DNA of 64,000 nt from NCBI GenBank assembly GCA_963716195.1, contig OY970293.1, positions 152,462-216,461 of the forward strand, written 5' to 3'. This document shows, piece by piece, positions 55,871 to 64,000 of the stretch. The notes beneath the pieces are model-generated. The model did not search any database. It was not told where the DNA came from and saw nothing but the letters and a program-made list of their open reading frames with translations. A program made the position numbers and the translations under genes. Every line of letters starts with the position of its first letter. Positions within the stretch are counted from its first letter, which is position 1. The stretch comes from an uncultured Solirubrobacterales bacterium (lineage in GTDB: Bacteria > Actinomycetota > Thermoleophilia > Solirubrobacterales > JBBDJG01).

Positions 55871-56278
55871 GTGCCCGAGGACTGCATCTTCTGCAAGATC
55901 GTCGCCGGCGAGCTGCCGGCGGAGATCGTCGACTCCGACGAGCGCACCATCGCGTTCCTGGACATCAACCCGGCGACCCGCGGTCACGCCCTGGTGATCC
56001 CGCGTGCACACTCGCAGGATCTCTTCGAGGTGCCGGAAGCGGACCTCGAGGCGACGGTCCTCGCCGCGCGCCGCCTTGCCGAGCGCATGCGCGACACGAT
56101 TGCGCCGGACGGCATCAACGTCCTCAACGCGTGCGGGCGCGCAGCATGGCAGTCGGTCTTCCACTTTCACCTGCACGTGATCCCGCGCTACCACGACGAT
56201 CCGCTTCAACTTCCCTGGCGCCCGGTTGAGGTCGATCGTGATCAACTCACCGCTGTCGCCGCCGAGATCCGCGGCTGA
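55871..56278 (+). CDS. HIT-family nucleotide hydrolase/transferase
   Basis: GTG 55871: VPEDCIFCKIVAGELPAEIV...DINPATRGHALVIPR...VFHFHLHVIPR (histidine triad). The track N-terminal extension is antisense to the M28 gene. Confidence 0.85.
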   Translation: MPEDCIFCKIVAGELPAEIVDSDERTIAFLDINPATRGHALVIPRAHSQDLFEVPEADLEATVLAARRLAERMRDTIAPDGINVLNACGRAAWQSVFHFHLHVIPRYHDDPLQLPWRPVEVDRDQLTAVAAEIRG

Positions 56279-56315
56279 GCGGCGCCGCTGAGGTACTAGC
56301 TAAGCTTTCGCGCTG

Positions 56316-56534
56316 ATGGGTAAGGAAGAGAAGATCGAGATGGAGGGCGAGATCGTGGAAGCCCTCCCCAACACGATGTTCCGCGTCAAGCTCGACAACG
56401 ATCACATGGTGCTCGGCCACATCTCCGGAAAGATGCGCCGCCACTACATCCGCATCCTCCCAGGCGACCGCGTCAAGATCGAGCTCTCGCCGTACGATCT
56501 GGATCGCGGCCGCATCACGTATCGCTACAAGTAA
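56316..56534 (+). CDS. infA: Translation initiation factor IF-1
   Basis: [72 protein letters not shown]. Confidence 0.95.
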   Translation: MGKEEKIEMEGEIVEALPNTMFRVKLDNDHMVLGHISGKMRRHYIRILPGDRVKIELSPYDLDRGRITYRYK

Positions 56535-56535
56535 G

Positions 56536-56617
56536 TTCCGGTTTTTGCTTAGGCGCAAAAACCGGGAGCTCCGAGGGCTCGGGGTTTCGAGGGCTCGGGG
56601 TTCGGAGGGTCGGGCTT
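56536..56617. repeat. 44-nt hairpin repeat, copy 2 (immediately after the infA stop), followed by a three-unit tandem of 15-16 nt
   Basis: TTCCGGTTTTTGCTTAGGCGCAAAAACCGGGAGCTCCGAGGGCTC (56536-56580). Tandem units CGAGGGCTCGGGGTTT / CGAGGGCTCGGGGTT / CGGAGGGTCGGGCTT span 56572-56617. Confidence 0.65.
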
Positions 56618-56750
56618 CGTACATACGTCCAGACACGGTTGTCTGCGCCCGTTTCGGTGTAACACTTCTCCTTGCCTCCCTGCTAAGCCAATAAGGCAAG
56701 CATCGACGACCGCCCCGGTTCACCCTGCCGGGGCGGCGCCGTTTCTGGGC

Positions 56751-58121
56751 TTAGTACGCGGCGCGAGCTGCTCGCGCCAGCGGCGGCTCCGCGTCGACGA
56801 AGCGCCGGTCGGTCGCGCGCTCCAGGCGCTCCACGACGTCGAGAACGCGCGCCTCGTCGCGCCAGCGTCCGAGGAACTGGATGCCGATGGGAAGCCCCGT
56901 CCGCGTGAAGCCGCATGGCGCGGAAGCGGCGGGCACTCCGGTCAAGTTCGCGATGCCCCCCAAGCGGACGTTCGCGTAGTCCGCCGGCTGGTCGCCTGAG
57001 GGAAGGTTGACGGTTGCAGTCGCGACCGGTGGGGCAGGAGCCGGCAGCGACGGCCACGCGAGGACGTGGACCGACTGGAACGCCGACGCAACCGAGCGGC
57101 GCAACTGCGCGCGCACGCGCTCGGCCTTCAGGAGCACGGCGCCGGGAGTCAGGAGCTGATACTTCGTCAAACCGCGAATCAGCGGCGAGAGATGCGGCTC
57201 GATCTGTGCCACGGCCTCCGGCTTGGTTGCCGGAATGCCCTCCATCGAGAGTGGAAGCACGGTGGCGATGCGCGTGTGCTCTGCGCCCGCGATCGAGACT
57301 ACGACGATGCGCGCGCCGGACTGGCGCAGCGCGTCGACGGCATCGGTGCAGGCCTGCTCGACCTCCGGGTCGAGGTCGCTCCACATCTGCGCGCGCGGGA
57401 CGCCGATCACCAGTTCCCGGTCGCCCGGCTCCTCGATCAGGTGGCCGAGCAACGTATCGCCGAGCAACCTCGCGTCCGCCGCGTCGCGGCAGATCGGCCC
57501 GGCGGTGCCGAGGGTCAGGTATCCATGGGTGAATCCGTCGACCGGTATCTGGCCCCAGGTCAGCTTCAGGCCCGTGACGCCGCAGTATCCGGATGGGAAC
57601 CGGATCGAACCGCCGCCATCGGTTCCGATTGCCCCGGCGACCATGCGCGCGGCGACGGCGGCCGCCGATCCACCGGATGAGCCTCCGGCGCAGCGTTCGG
57701 TGTCCCACGGGTTGCGGCACGGTCCGTACGCCGAGATGTGACCGGTCGATCCGAGCCCGAACTCGTGCATGTTGGTGACGCCGACGATGACGGCTCCGGC
57801 GTCACGCAGCCGGCGGAAGATCCCAGACTCTCCGGCGCCGACGCCGGTCGGATTGGCGTACGCGCCGTCCCGCGGTGCGCGCCATGGCAAAGCGAACTGG
57901 TCCTTCACCGCGACCGGCACTCCGTGCAGCGGCCCCTCGGGCGCCTCCGCGAGCATGCGCGCCGACTCGTTTGCGAACCGGTCGACGATCGCGTTGACGG
58001 CCGGGTCGCGTTCCTCGATCCGGGCCAGCGTTCTCTCGAGCAGCTCGGTCGCGTCGAGCTCGCCGGCCCGGATCGCCTCGGCCTGCTCGGCGAGCGAGAG
58101 ATCTTGCGGATGCCCGCTCAT
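56751..58121 (-). CDS. Amidase-signature enzyme (GatA/AtzE-like)
   Basis: 456-aa ORF: GVPVAVKDQF, GGSSGGSAAAVAA, GTDGGGSIRFPS (the Ser-cisSer-Lys amidase signature). Confidence 0.85.
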   Translation of the reverse strand: MSGHPQDLSLAEQAEAIRAGELDATELLERTLARIEERDPAVNAIVDRFANESARMLAEAPEGPLHGVPVAVKDQFALPWRAPRDGAYANPTGVGAGESGIFRRLRDAGAVIVGVTNMHEFGLGSTGHISAYGPCRNPWDTERCAGGSSGGSAAAVAARMVAGAIGTDGGGSIRFPSGYCGVTGLKLTWGQIPVDGFTHGYLTLGTAGPICRDAADARLLGDTLLGHLIEEPGDRELVIGVPRAQMWSDLDPEVEQACTDAVDALRQSGARIVVVSIAGAEHTRIATVLPLSMEGIPATKPEAVAQIEPHLSPLIRGLTKYQLLTPGAVLLKAERVRAQLRRSVASAFQSVHVLAWPSLPAPAPPVATATVNLPSGDQPADYANVRLGGIANLTGVPAASAPCGFTRTGLPIGIQFLGRWRDEARVLDVVERLERATDRRFVDAEPPLARAARAAY

Positions 58122-58342
58122 CCGGTGGCCGTGTCCGGGGCCGTGTCGGCCGGGGCGCGTGAGGGGTCGAGGCCGATCTCCGGGGCCACGGCGCTCAGGT
58201 CGGCAGCCAGCAGGGCGTCGCGCTCGGGTCCGTAAGCTGCCTCGGCCGCCCGCATCACGGCCAGCTCGATCTCGTCTACCTCCATCCCGTATTGGGCGAG
58301 CCCCGCCCGGACGAAGGCCTCGAACTGGTCGGCGTCCTGCAT
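58118..58342 (-). CDS. Small AtzG/GatC-like partner protein of the amidase (tentative)
   Basis: ATG 58342 inside the track ORF: MQDADQFEAFVRAGLAQYGMEVDEIELAVMRAAEAAYGPERDALLAADL... 74 aa. Its stop overlaps the amidase start by 4 nt. Resembles my recollection of DUF4089/AtzG. Confidence 0.45.
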   Translation of the reverse strand: MQDADQFEAFVRAGLAQYGMEVDEIELAVMRAAEAAYGPERDALLAADLSAVAPEIGLDPSRAPADTAPDTATG

Positions 58343-58444
58343 TAGCTCGGCAACACTACAGTCCCTGCACGATTTGCGCCGAAACTGACAGAGTCCCGGG
58401 ACGCGGTCGAGGCGAAACAATGCGGCCCGGTACGTGTTCGGAGG

Positions 58445-59209
58445 ATGGTGACGGCAAGAAAGCTCACAGCATTGGTTTGCGCGGCGGCGTCACTCGCCGT
58501 GCTTGTGGCGTGGTCGGTCGCGACGGCGGCGGGAGAACCGCGCGTGCAGGCTGCGGCGAAGTCGGTCGTGCTCGGCAAGACTGCGAACTACCCCGCCTCC
58601 GGATGTCCGAAGGAGGACAAGTGCGAGGTGGTCGCGCGCGTGACCGGGATCCAGATGGCGGCCGACGGTGTGATGCATCCGTTCCGGGCACCGTCAAGCG
58701 GCCAGATCGTCGCATGGTGGTTGAAGCTGCCGGCGCTGCACAGTACCCAGATCACCTCCTTTTCCCAGCTGTTCGGCGGCGGCCCGTCCGCGCAGCTCAG
58801 CATCCTGCGACGCGGCAAGCGCGGCCGCGTGCGACTCGTGCGCCAGAGCCCGGCAGAGGACCTGCGCCCTCGCCTGGGCGCGAAAGGACGGGTGCGCTTC
58901 CGGCTCGCGCAGCCACTGCGCGTCAAGGCCGGTGACTACATCGGGCTGACGGCGATCACATGGGTGCCCGCCTTCGCGGTCAACCTCGACGCCGTGGGGG
59001 ATGTCTGGCTCGCAAGCCGCACGTCCGATCGCTGCAGCACGCCGTCCAGCCGCGATCCAAAGCAGTTCGCGCGCTACTACAAGAGGTCAGATGCGCACGT
59101 GCAGACGAGCACCGTGAAGCAGTACCGCTGCAGCTACCGCACCGCGCGCCTGTTGTACTGGGCGCGGCTGGTGCCGGACGAGCAGACTCCAGCGCCGCCG
59201 AGCCCATAG
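58445..59209 (+). CDS. Secreted hypothetical protein
   Basis: 254-aa ORF with signal peptide MVTARKLTALVCAAASLAVLVAWSVATAAG and several Cys pairs. No family recognised. Confidence 0.55.
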   Translation: MVTARKLTALVCAAASLAVLVAWSVATAAGEPRVQAAAKSVVLGKTANYPASGCPKEDKCEVVARVTGIQMAADGVMHPFRAPSSGQIVAWWLKLPALHSTQITSFSQLFGGGPSAQLSILRRGKRGRVRLVRQSPAEDLRPRLGAKGRVRFRLAQPLRVKAGDYIGLTAITWVPAFAVNLDAVGDVWLASRTSDRCSTPSSRDPKQFARYYKRSDAHVQTSTVKQYRCSYRTARLLYWARLVPDEQTPAPPSP

Positions 59210-59244
59210 GGCCGGAATCCCGGGCCGTCGGCCGAGCCGTCCGA

Positions 59245-59335
59245 GCGCCGATCATCGGCTGAACACTTAGGTACCCCAGAGGGTCCTCAACTGTTCAGCC
59301 GGCAAGTGGCTCCTGACTGATCGGCCATCTTGCGC
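59245..59335 (+). repeat. Partial copy E of the inverted-arm element family (central hairpin plus part of the 3' domain)
   Basis: GATCATCGGCTGAACACTTAGG...CCTCAACTGTTCAG (hairpin 59259-59298) parallels D 50312-50360. GATCGGCCATCTTGCGCC parallels A AATCGGCCATTTTCCACC. No terminal arms are visible. Confidence 0.45.
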
Positions 59336-59338
59336 CGG

Positions 59339-59743
59339 CTAACAGGCGCTCGGGTTCTGCTGGCAGAACTCGTCGAACTTAGGGGCGGGGCTGCCGCCGC
59401 TCGACGGTTGATCGTTCTGCTGCGGTCCTCCCTGGGGCTCGTCGGGCGCCGCGCCCGCGCCGCCGGTGTCCGGCTCGCTCGGAGGCGCCGCCGCGCCGCC
59501 GCTCTGGTCGGTGCCCGGGGTGCTCGAGTCGCCGCCGGTCGTTCCTTCCTTGGTCCGTGTTCGGTTCGAGTCCGTCTTGGTGTCCGTCAGGGTGCCGGCC
59601 GAACCACCGGGGACGGTGAGATCGGGGGGTGCCGTATCGGTGGACTTGGAACCTCCGTCGTCGCCCGAGCTGGCGATCACCACGCCGACGAGGAGGCCGG
59701 TCAGCACGGCCCCGAGGGCGATCACTGCGACTCTGTTGCTCAC
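59339..59743 (-). CDS. Membrane-anchored low-complexity (Gly/Thr/Pro/Asp-rich) protein
   Basis: 134-aa ORF with N-terminal TM helix VAVIALGAVLTGLLVGVVIA, a disordered region, and C-terminal KFDEFCQQNPSAC. Confidence 0.5.
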   Translation of the reverse strand: MSNRVAVIALGAVLTGLLVGVVIASSGDDGGSKSTDTAPPDLTVPGGSAGTLTDTKTDSNRTRTKEGTTGGDSSTPGTDQSGGAAAPPSEPDTGGAGAAPDEPQGGPQQNDQPSSGGSPAPKFDEFCQQNPSAC

Positions 59744-59751
59744 GATCTGCT

Positions 59752-60048
59752 CTAGCTGGCGGTGCCGTCGTTCACGGGCGGCAAACGGCGACCGCAGTAC
59801 GGGCAGTCGCTCAGGTCGATCTCGACGAGCTCGCCGCAGTGCGGGCAGACGCGCACGGTGTCCTGCGTCCGCGGGAGGTTGGAGGGGGAGTCCGCGAGCG
59901 GTACCAGTTTGGACACGACCTCGAGCCGTTCGCCGGTGACCCGGTCGTAATAGGCGCTCTCGTTGCCGTCGAGCGGATGATCGAGCGCGAGCACGACCTC
60001 CCGTCCCGAGGCCGGGGCGCGCAGGCGGTATCGCTGCGGTCCTGGCAT
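59752..60048 (-). CDS. Small zinc-ribbon protein
   Basis: ATG 60048 inside the track ORF. C-terminal CPHCGELVEIDLSDCPYCG (CxxC-x10-CxxC). Its stop lies 8 nt upstream of the next gene. Confidence 0.45.
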   Translation of the reverse strand: MPGPQRYRLRAPASGREVVLALDHPLDGNESAYYDRVTGERLEVVSKLVPLADSPSNLPRTQDTVRVCPHCGELVEIDLSDCPYCGRRLPPVNDGTAS

Positions 60049-60101
60049 AGCGGGCAAAGATACCAAGGGGTCCCGCCTCACCGTGGAATATCGTTGAACC
60101 A

Positions 60102-61766
60102 GTGCGGGTGTTGATCTTCCACGGCTACCTGCTTCGCGGGACCGGGTCGAACGTCTACAACGCCCGCCTCGCGGAGGCTCTTGCGCGCCTCGGGCACGAG
60201 GTGCACCTGTTGTGTCAGGACCGCACCCCCCAAGAGTTCGGGTTCGTGGACACGGTCGGAAACTGGGACGGCGGTGAGCTGGAGCTGCGGGCAGTGCGCA
60301 GACCGCCATATCCAGGGCGCTGCATCGTCTACCGGCCGAACATCGGGAGCCTGCTGCCCGTGTACGTATACGACCGCTACGAGCATTTCGAGGCGCGCAC
60401 GTTCGACCGCGTGACGGACGAGGAGCTGGCGCACTACCTGGATGCCAACGTGACCGCCGTCAAGGACGTGGCGGAGCTCGCCAAACCCGATGTCGCCCTC
60501 GGCAATCACCTGGTGATGGGGCCGGTCATCCTCGCGCGTGCCCTGGAGGACGTGCCGTACGCGGTCAAGGTGCACGGCTCGGATCTGGAATACACGGTCA
60601 AGCCCCACTACCAGCGTTTTGCGCCGTACGCTCGCGAGGGCTTGACGCCGGCGCGGGCGGCGCTCGTCGGCTCGCGCCATACCGCCGACAGCCTGTGGGC
60701 GGCGATGCCGATCGAAGGGTTGCAGGAGCGCACACGGCTGGGACCGCCCGGCGTGGACGTGCACACGTTCACACTGCACGAGCCGGGCGAGGCGCTCGAT
60801 GCATACGACGGTCTGGTGCGCTGGCTGGACTCAGCGGAGCGGACCGGCTACAACGCCGCCGGGGCGGAGGCGATCGACATGCTGACCGATCGCCGCCGCG
60901 ACACCCTGGTGAGCGGCGACGAGTTGACCGCCGTGCGCGACGACTACGACCCGGCCGGGATCGACGTCGCTGCACCCGACTGGCTCGCAGCGATCGATCC
61001 GCTGCGCGAACCACTGGTCGTCTACGTCGGCAAGCTGATCGTCTCGAAGGGCGTCGACCTGCTGCTCGCAGCTTGGCCGCTCGTGCTCGCGCGTCATCCG
61101 CGCGCCCGGCTCGTCGTTGTCGGGTACGGCACATACCGCGAGGGCCTGGAGGTGCTCCTGAGAGGACTGGAACGTGACGACGAGCGACTGCTCACTCACG
61201 TGCTTCGCCAGGGACGAGCGCTGGAGGGAGGGCCTCGCGACCAGCTCACCTATCTGCGCACCTTCCTGGAAAGCCTCTCCGGCCGCCATGAGCGTTATTT
61301 CGCCGCTGCTCGCAAGATGCGCGAGCGCATCGTCTTCACGGGCAGGCTCGAGCACGGTGAGCTCGCCCGGTTACTGCCCGCCGCGCAGGCCCTGGTGGTG
61401 CCGAGCATGTTCCCGGAGGCGTTCGGGATGGTGGCCGCGGAGGCCGCCGCCTGCGGCGCGCTGCCGGTGTGCGCGGCGCATTCGGGCCTTGCCGAGGTAG
61501 CGGCGCAGCTGGGGGAGAGGCTCTCGACCCAGGTGCGGCCGCTGCTCACGTTCGAGCGCGGCTTTCGCTCAGTGGACGAGATCGCATATGCGCTGAACAC
61601 CTGGCTCGAGCTAGACGAGGACGTGCGCGAAGCTGCGCGGCGCCGCCTTGCGGAGACAGCGCGCGATCGCTTCGCCTGGGAGAGCGTCGCGGAGGGCGTG
61701 ATCGCCGCGGCGCAGGGCAAGCTCGCAAGGCTCGAGGCGCCCGTCGGGAGGATGGGCCTGACGTAA
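60102..61766 (+). CDS. Large glycosyltransferase family 4-like protein
   Basis: 554-aa ORF: MRVLIFHGYLLRGTGSNVYNARLAEALARLGHEVHLLCQD, C-terminal VVPSMFPEAFGMVAAEAAACGALPVCAAHSGL (E-x7-E). Carries a central insertion relative to typical GT4 proteins of about 380 aa. Confidence 0.8.
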   Translation: MRVLIFHGYLLRGTGSNVYNARLAEALARLGHEVHLLCQDRTPQEFGFVDTVGNWDGGELELRAVRRPPYPGRCIVYRPNIGSLLPVYVYDRYEHFEARTFDRVTDEELAHYLDANVTAVKDVAELAKPDVALGNHLVMGPVILARALEDVPYAVKVHGSDLEYTVKPHYQRFAPYAREGLTPARAALVGSRHTADSLWAAMPIEGLQERTRLGPPGVDVHTFTLHEPGEALDAYDGLVRWLDSAERTGYNAAGAEAIDMLTDRRRDTLVSGDELTAVRDDYDPAGIDVAAPDWLAAIDPLREPLVVYVGKLIVSKGVDLLLAAWPLVLARHPRARLVVVGYGTYREGLEVLLRGLERDDERLLTHVLRQGRALEGGPRDQLTYLRTFLESLSGRHERYFAAARKMRERIVFTGRLEHGELARLLPAAQALVVPSMFPEAFGMVAAEAAACGALPVCAAHSGLAEVAAQLGERLSTQVRPLLTFERGFRSVDEIAYALNTWLELDEDVREAARRRLAETARDRFAWESVAEGVIAAAQGKLARLEAPVGRMGLT

Positions 61767-61801
61767 CAAGCCCGCGCCGCGAGCACACTGCGTAGGCACA
61801 G

Positions 61802-63544
61802 ATGGTGCTTCTCGTCCTCTTTGCGTTCTTCGCCGGAGCAGTGACGGCCGTCACGCCCTGTGTGCTGCCGGTCCTGCCTGCGATCGTGTCCGCCAGCGCG
61901 ACGGGCGGACGGCGTCGACCCGCGGGCGTAGTCATCGGCCTGGGCGTGACGTTCTTCGTCACCATCGTTGGCTTCGCGAAGCTGGTCGACGGTGTCGGTC
62001 TAGCGGATGGCACCACACGGACGGTCGCGATCGCCGTGCTTGCTCTGTTCGGAATCGCGATCGCGCTGCCGCCGCTCGGCCATCGCATCGAGGAGCTGCT
62101 GGCTCCGCTGTCGCGCCTCGGTCCGCGCAGCGCCGGCGATGGCTTCTGGTCGGGCCTCGGCGTAGGCGGCGCCCTCGGGTTCGTCTTTGCCCCATGTGCC
62201 GGGCCGATCCTGGCGGCCGTCATCTCCGTCAGCGCTGCGCAGGACGCGACCGGCGAGATCGTGGCGGTGGCGGCCGCCTACGCGCTCGGATCGGCGGCGA
62301 CGCTGCTCGTCCTCGCGCTCGGCGGGCGTCGGCTGTTCGCGGGCGTGCGCAAAACGGCCCGGGGCGCCGTCCTGCAACGAGCGTTCGGCGTGGTGATGAT
62401 CGCGACCGCTGTGGCGCTGGTCGCCGATCTCGATGTGCGGTTCCAGACTGCGCTCGCGAACGATCTGCCGAGCGTGATCTCGAACCCGACCCACGGGATC
62501 GAAAGCTCGGACGCGGTGGAGGACCGCCTGCGCGATCTACGTGGCGCGTCGAAGTTCGACGTGGCCAACTCGCCGGCACGCGGGGCGAACGTTCCCTCCG
62601 GACTGCCACGTCTCGGTCCAGCCCCTGAGATCGTCGGCACTCAGCGCTGGTTCAACACGCCCGGCGGTCGAGCGCTGACTCTCGAGCAGCTGCGCGGCCG
62701 CGTGGTGCTGATCGACTTCTGGACCTACACGTGCATCAATTGCATCCGCACGCTTCCCTACCTGCGCGCACTCGATGAGCGCTACCGCAGAGCGGGTCTG
62801 ACGGTGATCGGAGTGCACACGCCGGAGTTTGCGTTCGAGCACGATGCCGGCAACGTCGCCGACGCCATCGCGCAGAACAAGCTGCGCTATCCGGTTGCGC
62901 AGGACAACGAGTACGCGACCTGGCGGGCGTTCGGCAACCAGTTCTGGCCTGCGCACTATCTGATCGACGCGAACGGAGAGGTTCGCTACACGCACTTCGG
63001 CGAGGGTAAGTACGGGGAGACGGAGGATGCCGTGCGGGCGCTACTGCGCGAGGCCGGCGGGCGCCAGGCCCGGAGGCGGGTCCACGCCCGGATCGAGCGA
63101 GCCGCGCGTGCGGTGCGGACACCGGAGACCTACATCGGCTATGAGCAGGCGCAGGGATGGCTCGAGCCGCCCCGTCCGGGCAGGCACACCTACCCGGGCG
63201 CCCGCCACGGGCTCGCGCTCAATCAGTTCGCGCTCGGTGGCAGATGGCAGATCGAACAGCAGTCCGCCTCCGCCGTGCGCCGCGCGCGGATCGATGCGAC
63301 CGTCAAGGCCAAGAAGGTTTTCCTGGTGCTCGGTTCCCGCGACGGGCGGCCGCGATCGGTGCGGGTCGCGCTCGGTGGCCGGCCGGTCGGGAGAGACGAG
63401 GGCGGCGCAGACGTGCGCGGCAGTACCGTCACGGTACGGGCACACCGGCTCTACCGGCTGGTCGCTCTGCCACGAGTTGCCGAGCGACGGCTGACGCTGA
63501 CGCTGGATCCGGGCGTGAGCGCGTACGCGTTCACGTTCGGCTGA
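61802..63544 (+). CDS. dipZ: Cytochrome c biogenesis / thiol-disulfide transfer protein DipZ-like (CcdA/DsbD membrane domain plus thioredoxin domain plus C-terminal domain)
   Basis: 580-aa ORF. N-terminal multi-TM domain with TPCVLPVLP and FAPCAGPIL. Thioredoxin domain VLIDFWTYTCINCIRTLPYL. C-terminal beta-rich domain. Confidence 0.85.
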   Translation: MVLLVLFAFFAGAVTAVTPCVLPVLPAIVSASATGGRRRPAGVVIGLGVTFFVTIVGFAKLVDGVGLADGTTRTVAIAVLALFGIAIALPPLGHRIEELLAPLSRLGPRSAGDGFWSGLGVGGALGFVFAPCAGPILAAVISVSAAQDATGEIVAVAAAYALGSAATLLVLALGGRRLFAGVRKTARGAVLQRAFGVVMIATAVALVADLDVRFQTALANDLPSVISNPTHGIESSDAVEDRLRDLRGASKFDVANSPARGANVPSGLPRLGPAPEIVGTQRWFNTPGGRALTLEQLRGRVVLIDFWTYTCINCIRTLPYLRALDERYRRAGLTVIGVHTPEFAFEHDAGNVADAIAQNKLRYPVAQDNEYATWRAFGNQFWPAHYLIDANGEVRYTHFGEGKYGETEDAVRALLREAGGRQARRRVHARIERAARAVRTPETYIGYEQAQGWLEPPRPGRHTYPGARHGLALNQFALGGRWQIEQQSASAVRRARIDATVKAKKVFLVLGSRDGRPRSVRVALGGRPVGRDEGGADVRGSTVTVRAHRLYRLVALPRVAERRLTLTLDPGVSAYAFTFG

Positions 63545-63576
63545 GATTCCGTTCGGCTCGTGACTATCCTTACGGA

Positions 63577-64000
63577 ATGCGGCCGTCCTGGCCACGATCT
63601 CCTCTCCGGCGCAGGGCGGCATTAGTCTTAGCCCTACCTGCGGCGCTGATCCTGAGCGCACCGGCCCCGGCCACTCAAGCCGCCGCCCAGAGGCACACCA
63701 CGGCGTCGGCACCCGCGTCCACGCAGCTGACCCTCGAAGCCAACCGGTCCTCGGTCCGCTATGGCGGCCGCGTCGTGCTCACGGGCAAGCTGACGGCCGC
63801 GGGCAAGCCGCTCTCCGGCAAGGCCGTCGAGCTCGTTCGCGCAGGCGCTGTCGACCAGGCGACCACGAGGCGAAACGGCAAGGTCACGTTCAAGCCGCGA
63901 CCTGTCGCCCCGAACACCTACCAACTCCGGTACACGCCGACTGCACCAGAGGAGGCTCTCGCTTACCAGGCGGCGGCGAGCGCGCCGGTGGCAGTGCGCG
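63577..64000 (+). CDS. Secreted protein, 3' end beyond window
   Basis: Hand translation from ATG 63577: MRPSWPRSPLRRRAALVLALPAALILSAPAPATQAAAQ (signal peptide) ...QLTLEANRSSVRYGGRVVLTGKLTAAGKPLSGKAVELV.... Open to the window edge, so it is not in the ORF track. Confidence 0.5.
   Translation, partial: MRPSWPRSPLRRRAALVLALPAALILSAPAPATQAAAQRHTTASAPASTQLTLEANRSSVRYGGRVVLTGKLTAAGKPLSGKAVELVRAGAVDQATTRRNGKVTFKPRPVAPNTYQLRYTPTAPEEALAYQAAASAPVAVR

Noticed and set aside
56572-56617. Short tandem repeats that might suggest a CRISPR array.
   Set aside because: The units are 15-16 nt, directly abutting with no spacers, only three in number, and no cas genes are present. This is a simple tandem expansion of the tail of the 44-nt hairpin repeat.
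59555-59590. A tRNA-like T-arm sequence, CGGTTCGAGTCCG.
   Set aside because: Only 3 bp of T-stem can form, there are no acceptor or anticodon arms, and it lies inside the low-complexity CDS 59339-59743.
1-64000. A search for defence systems, prophage, integrative elements, toxin-antitoxin pairs or biosynthetic gene clusters.
   Set aside because: No nuclease/helicase/ATPase defence-type architectures, integrases, transposases, phage structural genes or PKS/NRPS/RiPP enzymes were recognisable in any frame. The window is core-genome-like apart from the repeat families and a few orphan genes.

Overview
High-GC (about 70% by eye) chromosomal segment. The gene content looks like Actinomycetota: a GuaB3-type IMPDH paralogue, a CysO/CysM/Mec cysteine pathway, a suf cluster with SufU plus a Rieske ferredoxin, and an rplM-rpsI-glmM-glmS-acpS-nnr-alr block. 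The taxonomic call is inference only. I support about 70 protein-coding genes, mostly housekeeping: Fe-S assembly, sulfur-carrier cysteine synthesis, purine, pyrimidine and amino-sugar metabolism, ribosomal proteins, cell-wall enzymes, six glycosyltransferases and one two-component system. I found no rRNA, tRNA, CRISPR array, transposase, integrase or phage gene.

The most unusual content is non-coding. (1) A diverged family of 205-275 nt intergenic elements is present as five full copies and one partial copy. Each is closed by roughly 20-bp inverted arms (GGCATCGAAGGGGGGTGA ... TCACCCCCTTCGATGCC). The long forms carry a central hairpin with compensatory substitutions between copies. Every full copy sits 52-75 nt from a start codon, and the arms look like an extended Shine-Dalgarno paired to a mimic of the 16S rRNA 3' end. 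I cannot match this family to any RNA, IS or MITE family I know. (2) A second, 44-nt hairpin repeat sits immediately after two stop codons. (3) An island of about 30% GC with nested palindromes splits the suf cluster.

Protein-level oddities:
- a translationally coupled cassette of three uncharacterised genes (DUF1802-like, DUF1152-like, unknown)
- an Rrf2-type regulator heading the suf cluster
- a MoeZ-like E1 enzyme with its rhodanese domain at the N-terminus
- a roadblock-like gene, a small ORF, tldD and pmbA in one operon
- an amidase with an AtzG-like small partner
- an orphan Flp-type pilin

All family names come from my reading of the translated ORFs, not from searches. Most long ORFs in the track that run antisense to these genes are GC-driven shadow ORFs and are not reported.
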